Assembly: GCA_964057225.1 (NCBI GenBank)
Contig: OZ059897.1
Coordinates: 19,344,001 to 19,408,000 of the forward strand
Source: Auanema rhodensis
Taxonomy: Eukaryota > Animalia > Nematoda
Direction: 5' to 3'
DNA length: 64,000 nucleotides
Both the position numbers and the translations under genes were made by a program. This document shows positions 1 through 10,300 of this stretch, in pieces (the stretch's first letter is position 1; each line of letters starts with the position of its first letter). Below the pieces are notes generated by a model, which saw only the letters and a program-made list of their open reading frames with translations, had not been told where the DNA came from and did not search any database.

Positions 1-38
1 ATATAAGTGTAAACTTATATCAGTTGATATCTCGGTGC

Positions 39-89
39 ATTTTTAAGCTAGCGCAAATCTGATAACACAGATCGACGCAGCTTAAAAAT
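39..89. repeat. Long imperfect hairpin, once per monomer
   Basis: ATTTTTAAGCT (39-49) pairs with AGCTTAAAAAT (79-89) over 11 perfect bp. A50 is bulged, GCG (51-53) pairs with CGC (76-78), ATCTG (57-61) pairs with CAGAT (68-72), and the loop is ATAACA. Confidence 0.92.
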
Positions 90-172
90 CCGCATCGAAT
101 GCACTATACTACATTGAGAAACGCTTAATACAAAAATTAGTTATGATCGTTCGAAAAATGATGCATTAGTGT

Positions 173-200
173 ATGTTGAGTTTCCATGTACACTCAACAT
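173..200. repeat. Inverted repeat ATGTTGAGT-ttccatgtac-ACTCAACAT (9-bp stem, 10-nt loop), once per monomer
   Basis: 173-181 is the exact reverse complement of 192-200. Confidence 0.95.
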
Positions 201-207
201 TGCTTCC

Positions 208-273
208 AAAAACATTTTGACAAAAATTTTTTCGAAAAATTTCAAAATAATTTAGCAAAAAGTAGATGTTTTT
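208..273. repeat. A/T-tract-rich palindrome cluster, once per monomer
   Basis: TTTTTCGAAAAA (228-239) and AAAAATTTTT (222-231) are perfect palindromes. ATTTTGA (214-220) pairs with TCAAAAT (242-248), and AAAAACAT (208-215) pairs with ATGTTTTT (266-273). Confidence 0.85.
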
Positions 274-701
274 AGATTCCTTTTTTCAAGGCAAAGACGA
301 TGGACAATGTTATTCAACGAAAAAATTAATTCTTCAGGGTGAAAATCGAGGATATAAGTGTGAACTTATAACAGTTGATATCTCGGTACATTTTTAAGCT
401 AGCGCAAATCTGATAACACAGATCGACGCAGCTTAAAAATCCGCATCGAATGCACTATACTACATTGAGAAACGCTTAATACAAAAATTAGTTATGATCG
501 TTTGAAAAATGATGCATTAGTGTATGTTGAGTTTCCATGTACACTCAACATTGCTTCCAAAAACATTTTGACAAAAATTTTTTCGAAAAATTTCAAAATA
601 ATTTAGCAAAAAGTAGATGTTTTTAGATTCCTTTTTCCAAGGCAAAGACGATGGACAATGTTATTTAACGAAAAAATTAATTCTTCAGGGTGAAAATCGA
701 G

Positions 702-723
702 GATATAAGTGTAAACTTATATC
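702..723. repeat. Inverted repeat GATATAAGT-gtaa-ACTTATATC (9-bp stem, 4-nt loop), once per monomer
   Basis: 702-710 is the exact reverse complement of 715-723. The stem is weakened in monomers carrying T6 or A20. Confidence 0.95.
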
Positions 724-3700
724 AGTTGATATCTCGGTGCATTTTTAAGCTAGCGCAAATCTGATAACACAGATCGACGCAGCTTAAAAATCCGCATCGA
801 ATGCACTATACTACATTGAGAAACGCTTAATACAAAAATTAGTTATGATCGTTTGAAAAATGATGCATTAGTGTATGTTGAGTTTCCATGTACACTCAAC
901 ATTGCTTCCAAAAACATTTTGACAAAAATTTTTTCGAAAAATTTCAAAATAATTTAGCAAAAAGTAGATGTTTTTAGATTCCTTTTTTCAAGGCAAAGAC
1001 GATGGACAATGTTATTTAACGAAAAAATTAATTCTTCAGGGTGAAAATCGAGGATATATGTGTAAACTTATATCAGTTGATATCTCGGTGCATTTTTAAG
1101 CTAGCGCAAATCTGATAACACAGATCGACGCAGCTTAAAAATCCGCATCGAATGCACTATACTACATTGAGAAACGCTCAATACAAAAATTAGTTATGAT
1201 CGTTTGAAAAATGATGCATTAGTGTATGTTGAGTTTCCATGTACACTCAACATTGCTTCCAAAAACATTTTGACAAAAATTTTTTCGAAAAATTTCAAAA
1301 TAATTTAGCAAAAAGTAGATGTTTTTAGATTCCTTTTTTCAAGGCAAAGACGATGGACAATGTTATTTAACGAAAAAATTAATTCTTCAGGGTGAAAATC
1401 GAGGATATAAGTGTAAACTTATATCAGTTGATATCTCGGTGCATTTTTAAGCTAGCGCAAATCTGATAACACAGATCGACGCAGCTTAAAAATCCGCATC
1501 GAATGCACTATACTACATTGAGAAACGCTTAATACAAAAATTAGTTATGATCGTTTGAAAAATGATGCATTAGTGTATGTTGAGTTTCCATGTACACTCA
1601 ACATTGCTTCCAAAAACATTTTGACAAAAATTTTTTCGAAAAATTTCAAAATAATTTAGCAAAAAGTAGATGTTTTTAGATTCCTTATTTCAAGGCAAAG
1701 ACGATGGACAATGTTATTTAACGAAAAAATTAATTCTTCAGGGTGAAAATCGAGGATATATGTGTAAACTTATATCAGTTGATATCTCGGTGCATTTTTA
1801 AGCTAGCGCAAATCTGATAACACAGATCGACGCAGCTTAAAAATCCGCATCGAATGCACTATACTACATTGAGAAACGCTTAATACAAAAATTAGTTATG
1901 ATCGTTTGAAAAATGATGCATTAGTGTATGTTGAGTTTCCATGTACACTCAACATTGCTTCCAAAAACATTTTGACAAAAATTTTTTCGAAAAATTTCAA
2001 AATAATTTAGCAAAAAGTAGATGTTTTTAGATTCCTTTTTTCAAGGCAAAGACGATGGACAATGTTATTTAACGAAAAAATTAATTCTTCAGGGTGAAAA
2101 TCGAGGATATAAGTGTAAACTTATATCAGTTGATATCTCGGTGCATTTTTAAGCTAGCGCAAATCTGATAACACAGATCGACGCAGCTTAAAAATCCGCA
2201 TCGAATGCACTATACTACATTGAGAAACGCTTAATACAAAAATTAGTTATGATCGTTTGAAAAATGATGCATTAGTGTATGTTGAGTTTCCATGTACACT
2301 CAACATTGCTTCCAAAAACATTTTGACAAAATATTTTTCGAAAAATTTCAAAATAATTTAGCAAAAAGTAGATGTTTTTAGATTCCTTTTTTCAAGGCAA
2401 AGACGATGGACAATGTTATTCAACGAAAAAATTAATTCTTCAGGGTGAAAATCGAGGATATAAGTGTGAACTTATATCAGTTGATATCTCGGTGCATTTT
2501 TAAGCTAGCGCAAATCTGATAACACAGATCGACGCAGCTTAAAAATCCGCATCGAATGCACTATACTACATTTAGAAACGCTCAATACAAAAATTAGTTA
2601 TGATCGTTTGAAAAATGATGCATTAGTGTATGTTGAGTTTCCATGTACACTCAACATTGCTTCCAAAAACATTTTGACAAAAATTTTTTCGAAAAATTTC
2701 AAAATAATTTAGCAAAAAGTAGATGTTTTTAGATTCCTTTTTTCAAGGCAAAGACGATGGACAATGTTATTTAACGAAAAAATTAATTCTTCAGGGTGAA
2801 AATCGAGGATATAAGTGTAAACTTATATCAGTTGATATCTCGGTGCATTTTTAAGCTAGCGCAAATCTGATAACACAGATCGACGCAGCTTAAAAATCCG
2901 CATCGAATGCACTATACTACATTGAGAAACGCTTAATACAAAAATTAGTTATGATCGTTTGAAAAATGATGCATTAGTGTATGTTGAGTTTCCATGTACA
3001 CTCAACATTGCTTCCAAAAACATTTTGACAAAAATTTTTTCGAAAAATTTCAAAATAATTTAGCAAAAAGTAGATGTTTTTAGATTTCTTTTTTCAAGGC
3101 AAAGACGATGGACAATGTTATTCAACGAAAAAATTAATTCTTCATGGTGAAAATCGAGGATATAAGTGTGAACTTATATCAGTTGATATCTCGGTGCATT
3201 TTTAAGCTAGCGCAAATCTGATAACACAGATCGACGCAGCTTAAAAATCCGCATCGAATGCACTATACTACATTGAGAAACGCTTAATACAAAAATTAGT
3301 TATGATCGTTTGAAAAATGATGCATTAGTGTATGTTGAGTTTCCATGTACACTCAACATTGCTTCCAAAAACATTTTGACAAAAATTTTTTCGAAAAATT
3401 TCAAAATAATTTAGCAAAAAGTAGATGTTTTTAGATTCCTTTTTTCAAGGCAAAGACGATGGACAATGTTATTCAACGAAAAAATTAATTCTTCAGGGTG
3501 AAAATCGAGGATATAAGTGTGAACTTATAACAGTTGATATCTCGGTACATTTTTAAGCTAGCGCAAATCTGATAACACAGATCGACGCAGCTTAAAAATC
3601 CGCATCGAATGCACTATACTACATTGAGAAACGCTTAATACAAAAATTAGTTATGATCGTTTGAAAAATGATGCATTAGTGTATGTTGAGTTTCCATGTA

Positions 3701-6700
3701 CACTCAACATTGCTTCCAAAAACATTTTGACAAAAATTTTTTCGAAAAATTTCAAAATAATTTAGCAAAAAGTAGATGTTTTTAGATTCCTTTTTTCAAG
3801 GCAAAGACGATGGACAATGTTATTTAACGAAAAAATTAATTCTTCAGGGTGAAAATCGAGGATATAAGTGTAAACTTATATCAGTTGATATCTCGGTGCA
3901 TTTTTAAGCTAGCGCAAATCTGATAACACAGATCGACGCAGCTTAAAAATCCGCATCGAATGCACTATACTACATTGAGGAACGCTCAATACAAAAATTA
4001 GTTATGATCGTTTGAAAAATGATGCATTAGTGTATGTTGAGTTTCCATGTACACTCAACATTGCTTCCAAAAACATTTTGACAAAAATTTTTTCGAAAAA
4101 TTTCAAAATAATTTAGCAAAAAGTAGATGTTTTTAGATTCCTTTTTTCAAGGCAAAGACGATGGACAATGTTATTTAACGAAAAAATTAATTCTTCAGGG
4201 TGAAAATCGAGGATATAAGTGTAAACTTATATCAGTTGATATCTCGGTGCATTTTTAAGCTAGCGCAAATCTGATAACACAGATCGACGCAGCTTAAAAA
4301 TCCGCATCGAATGCACTATACTACATTGAGAAACGCTTAATACAAAAATTAGTTATGATCGTTCGAAAAATGATGCATTAGTGTATGTTGAGTTTCCATG
4401 TACACTCAACATTGCTTCCAAAAACATTTTGACAAAAATTTTTTCGAAAAATTTCAAAATAATTTAGCAAAAAGTAGATGTTTTTAGATTCCTTTTTTCA
4501 AGGCAAAGACGATGGACAATGTTATTCAACGAAAAAATTAATTCTTCAGGGTGAAAATCGAGGATATAAGTGTGAACTTATAACAGTTGATATCTCGGTA
4601 CATTTTTAAGCTAGCGCAAATCTGATAACACAGATCGACGCAGCTTAAAAATCCGCATCGAATGCACTATACTACATTGAGAAACGCTTAATACAAAAAT
4701 TAGTTATGATCGTTTGAAAAATGATGCATTAGTGTATGTTGAGTTTCCATGTACACTCAACATTGCTTCCAAAAACATTTTGACAAAAATTTTTTCGAAA
4801 AATTTCAAAATAATTTAGCAAAAAGTAGATGTTTTTAGATTCCTTTTTCCAAGGCAAAGACGATGGACAATGTTATTTAACGAAAAAATTAATTCTTCAG
4901 GGTGAAAATCGAGGATATAAGTGTAAACTTATATCAGTTGATATCTCGGTGCATTTTTAAGCTAGCGCAAATCTGATAACACAGATCGACGCAGCTTAAA
5001 AATCCGCATCGAATGCACTATACTACATTGAGAAACGCTTAATACAAAAATTAGTTATGATCGTTTGAAAAATGATGCATTAGTGTATGTTGAGTTTCCA
5101 TGTACACTCAACATTGCTTCCAAAAACATTTTGACAAAAATTTTTTCGAAAAATTTCAAAATAATTTAGCAAAAAGTAGATGTTTTTAGATTCCTTTTTT
5201 CAAGGCAAAGACGATGGACAATGTTATTTAACGAAAAAATTAATTCTTCAGGGTGAAAATCGAGGATATATGTGTAAACTTATATCAGTTGATATCTCGG
5301 TGCATTTTTAAGCTAGCGCAAATCTGATAACACAGATCGACGCAGCTTAAAAATCCGCATCGAGTGCACTATACTACATTGAGAAACGCTCAATACAAAA
5401 ATTAGTTATGATCGTTTGAAAAATGATGCATTAGTGTATGTTGAGTTTCCATGTACACTCAACATTGCTTCCAAAAACATTTTGACAAAAATTTTTTCGA
5501 AAAATTTCAAAATAATTTAGCAAAAAGTAGATGTTTTTAGATTCCTTTTTTCAAGGCAAAGACGATGGACAATGTTATTTAACGAAAAAATTAATTCTTC
5601 AGGGTGAAAATCGAGGATATATGTGTAAACTTATATCAGTTGATATCTCGGTGCATTTTTAAGCTAGCGCAAATCTGATAACACAGATCGACGCAGCTTA
5701 AAAATCCGCATCGAATGCACTATACTACATTGAGAAACGCTTAATACAAAAATTAGTTATGATCGTTTGAAAAATGATGCATTAGTGTATGTTGAGTTTC
5801 CATGTACACTCAACATTGCTTCCAAAAACATTTTGACAAAAATTTTTTCGAAAAATTTCAAAATAATTTAGCAAAAAGTAGATGTTTTTAGATTCCTTTT
5901 TTCAAGGCAAAGACGATGGACAATGTTATTTAACGAAAAAATTAATTCTTCAGGGTGAAAATCGAGGATATAAGTGTAAACTTATATCAGTTGATATCTC
6001 GGTGCATTTTTAAGCTAGCGCAAATCTGATAACACAGATCGACGCAGCTTAAAAATCCGCATCGAATGCACTATACTACATTGAGAAACGCTTAATACAA
6101 AAATTAGTTATGATCGTTTGAAAAATGATGCATTAGTGTATGTTGAGTTTCCATGTACACTCAACATTGCTTCCAAAAACATTTTGACAAAAATTTTTTC
6201 GAAAAATTTCAAAATAATTTAGCAAAAAGTAGATGTTTTTAGATTCCTTTTTCCAAGGCAAAGACGATGGACAATGTTATTTAACGAAAAAATTAATTCT
6301 TCAGGGTGAAAATCGAGGATATAAGTGTGAACTTATAACAGTTGATATCTCGGTACATTTTTAAGCTAGCGCAAATCTGATAACACAGATCGACGCAGCT
6401 TAAAAATCCGCATCGAATGCACTATACTACATTGAGAAACGCTTAATACAAAAATTAGTTATGATCGTTTGAAAAATGATGCATTAGTGTATGTTGAGTT
6501 TCCATGTACACTCAACATTGCTTCCAAAAACATTTTGACAAAAATTTTTTCGAAAAATTTCAAAATAATTTAGCAAAAAGTAGATGTTTTTAGATTCCTT
6601 TTTTCAAGGCAAAGACGATGGACAATGTTATTTAACGAAAAAATTAATTCTTCAGGGTGAAAATCGAGGATATATGTGTAAACTTATATCAGTTGATATC

Positions 6701-7020
6701 TCGGTGCATTTTTAAGCTAGCGCAAATCTGATAACACAGATCGACGCAGCTTAAAAATCCGCATCGAATGCACTATACTACATTGAGAAACGCTCAATAC
6801 AAAAATTAGTTATGATCGTTTGAAAAATGATGCATTAGTGTATGTTGAGTTTCCATGTACACTCAACATTGCTTCCAAAAACATTTTGACAAAAATTTTT
6901 TCGAAAAATTTCAAAATAATTTAGCAAAAAGTAGATGTTTTTAGATTCCTTTTTTCAAGGCAAAGACGATGGACAATGTTATTTAACGAAAAAATTAATT
7001 CTTCAGGGTGAAAATCGAGG

Positions 7021-7371
7021 ATATAAGTGTAAACTTATATCAGTTGATATCTCGGTGCATTTTTAAGCTAGCGCAAATCTGATAACACAGATCGACGCAG
7101 CTTAAAAATCCGCATCGAATGCACTATACTACATTGAGAAACGCTTAATACAAAAATTAGTTATGATCGTTTGAAAAATGATGCATTAGTGTATGTTGAG
7201 TTTCCATGTACACTCAACATTGCTTCCAAAAACATTTTGACAAAAATTTTTTCGAAAAATTTCAAAATAATTTAGCAAAAAGTAGATGTTTTTAGATTCC
7301 TTTTTTCAAGGCAAAGACGATGGACAATGTTATTTAACGAAAAAATTAATTCTTCAGGGTGAAAATCGAGG
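7021..7371 (+). repeat. Representative consensus monomer (m21)
   Basis: Carries none of the variants I catalogued. It has EcoRV (GATATC, pos 26), NheI (GCTAGC, pos 47), NsiI (ATGCAT, pos 161), BsrGI (TGTACA, pos 187) and BstBI (TTCGAA, pos 231) sites, predicting a 351-bp digestion ladder. Confidence 0.93.
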
Positions 7372-10300
7372 ATATATGTGTAAACTTATATCAGTTGATA
7401 TCTCGGTGCATTTTTAAGCTAGCGCAAATCTGATAACACAGATCGACGCAGCTTAAAAATCCGCATCGAATGCACTATACTACATTGAGAAACGCTTAAT
7501 ACAAAAATTAGTTATGATCGTTTGAAAAATGATGCATTAGTGTATGTTGAGTTTCCATGTACACTCAACATTGCTTCCAAAAACATTTTGACAAAAATTT
7601 TTTCGAAAAATTTCAAAATAATTTAGCAAAAAGTAGATGTTTTTAGATTCCTTTTTTCAAGGCAAAGACGATGGACAATGTTATTTAACGAAAAAATTAA
7701 TTCTTCAGGGTGAAAATCGAGGATATAAGTGTAAACTTATATCAGTTGATATCTCGGTGCATTTTTAAGCTAGCGCAAATCTGATAACACAGATCGACGC
7801 AGCTTAAAAATCCGCATCGAACACTATACTACATTGAGAAACGCTTAATACAAAAATTAGTTATGATCGTTTGAAAAATGATGCATTAGTGTATGTTGAG
7901 TTTCCATGTACACTCAACATTGCTTCCAAAAACATTTTGACAAAAATTTTTTCGAAAAATTTCAAAATAATTTAGCAAAAAGTAGATGTTTTTAGATTCC
8001 TTTTTTCAAGGCAAAGACGATGGACAATGTTATTCAACGAAAAAATTAATTCTTCAGGGTGAAAATCGAGGATATAAGTGTGAACTTATAACAGTTGATA
8101 TCTCGGTACATTTTTAAGCTAGCGCAAATCTGATAACACAGATCGACGCAGCTTAAAAATCCGCATCGAATGCACTATACTACATTGAGAAACGCTTAAT
8201 ACAAAAATTAGTTATGATCGTTTGAAAAATGATGCATTAGTGTATGTTGAGTTTCCATGTACACTCAACATTGCTTCCAAAAACATTTTGACAAAAATTT
8301 TTTCGAAAAATTTCAAAATAATTTAGCAAAAAGTAGATGTTTTTAGATTCCTTTTTTCAAGGCAAAGACGATGGACAATGTTATTTAACGAAAAAATTAA
8401 TTCTTCAGGGTGAAAATCGAGGATATATGTGTAAACTTATATCAGTTGATATCTCGGTGCATTTTTAAGCTAGCGCAAATCTGATAACACAGATCGACGC
8501 AGCTTAAAAATCCGCATCGAATGCACTATACTACATTGAGAAACGCTCAATACAAAAATTAGTTATGATCGTTTGAAAAATGATGCATTAGTGTATGTTG
8601 AGTTTCCATGTACACTCAACATTGCTTCCAAAAACATTTTGACAAAAATTTTTTCGAAAAATTTCAAAATAATTTAGCAAAAAGTAGATGTTTTTAGATT
8701 CCTTTTTTCAAGGCAAAGACGATGGACAATGTTATTTAACGAAAAAATTAATTCTTCAGGGTGAAAATCGAGGATATAAGTGTAAACTTATATCAGTTGA
8801 TATCTCGGTGCATTTTTAAGCTAGCGCAAATCTGATAACACAGATCGACGCAGCTTAAAAATCCGCATCGAATGCACTATACTACATTGAGAAACGCTTA
8901 ATACAAAAATTAGTTATGATCGTTTGAAAAATGATGCATTAGTGTATGTTGAGTTTCCATGTACACTCAACATTGCTTCCAAAAACATTTTGACAAAATA
9001 TTTTTCGAAAAATTTCAAAATAATTTAGCAAAAAGTAGATGTTTTTAGATTCCTTTTTTCAAGGCAAAGACGATGGACAATGTTATTCAACGAAAAAATT
9101 AATTCTTCAGGGTGAAAATCGAGGATATAAGTGTGAACTTATATCAGTTGATATCTCGGTGCATTTTTAAGCTAGCGCAAATCTGATAACACAGATCGAC
9201 GCAGCTTAAAAATCCGCATCGAATGCACTATACTACATTGAGAAACGCTTAATACAAAAATTAGTTATGATCGTTTGAAAAATGATGCATTAGTGTATGT
9301 TGAGTTTCCATGTACACTCAACATTGCTTCCAAAAACATTTTGACAAAAATTTTTTCGAAAAATTTCAAAATAATTTAGCAAAAAGTAGATGTTTTTAGA
9401 TTCCTTTTTTCAAGGCAAAGACGATGGACAATGTTATTTAACGAAAAAATTAATTCTTCAGGGTGAAAATCGAGGATATATGTGTAAACTTATATCAGTT
9501 GATATCTCGGTGCATTTTTAAGCTAGCGCAAATCTGATAACACAGATCGACGCAGCTTAAAAATCCGCATCGAATGCACCATACTACATTGAGAAACGCT
9601 CAATACAAAAATTAGTTATGATCGTTTGAAAAATGATGCATTAGTGTATGTTGAGTTTCCATGTACACTCAACATTGCTTCCAAAAACATTTTGACAAAA
9701 ATTTTTTCGAAAAATTTCAAAATAATTTAGCAAAAAGTAGATGTTTTTAGATTCCTTTTTTCAAGGCAAAGACGATGGACAATGTTATTTAACGAAAAAA
9801 TTAATTCTTCAGGGTGAAAATCGAGGATATAAGTGTAAACTTATATCAGTTGATATCTCGGTGCATTTTTAAGCTAGCGCAAATCTGATAACACAGATCG
9901 ACGCAGCTTAAAAATCCGCATCGAATGCACTATACTACATTGAGAAACGCTTAATACAAAAATTAGTTATGATCGTTTGAAAAATGATGCATTAGTGTAT
10001 GTTGAGTTTCCATGTACACTCAACATTGCTTCCAAAAACATTTTGACAAAATATTTTTCGAAAAATTTCAAAATAATTTAGCAAAAAGTAGATGTTTTTA
10101 GATTCCTTTTTTCAAGGCAAAGACGATGGACAATGTTATTCAACGAAAAAATTAATTCTTCAGGGTGAAAATCGAGGATATAAGTGTGAACTTATATCAG
10201 TTGATATCTCGGTGCATTTTTAAGCTAGCGCAAATCTGATAACACAGATCGACGCAGCTTAAAAATCCGCATCGAATGCACTATACTACATTTAGAAACG

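Noticed and set aside
230-246. CENP-B box-like motif (TTCG....A)
   Set aside because: It matches only TTCGnnnnA; the required CGGG is absent (TCAA instead).
1-351. Monomer length divisible by 3 (117 codons), suggesting a giant repetitive ORF
   Set aside because: All three forward frames hit stops within the first ~62 bp (TAA at 4, TAA at 44, TGA at 60). In-frame TTA/TCA triplets close all three reverse frames too.
1-351. Tandem 5S rRNA, tRNA, snRNA or spliced-leader gene unit
   Set aside because: I recognise no 5S, tRNA cloverleaf, Pol III A/B box or spliced-leader sequence. An Rfam/Infernal scan would be needed to exclude it formally.
1-351. Monomer as an ancient dimer of ~175-bp subunits
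   Set aside because: Only short shared words were found (AGTGTA, ACATTG, ATGCAYTA, GAAAAAT) at inconsistent offsets, with no colinear half-to-half alignment visible.
1-351. Promoter or terminator calls from TATAAG and hairpin-plus-T tracts
   Set aside because: These are expected by chance in 69% AT sequence, and there is no associated gene.
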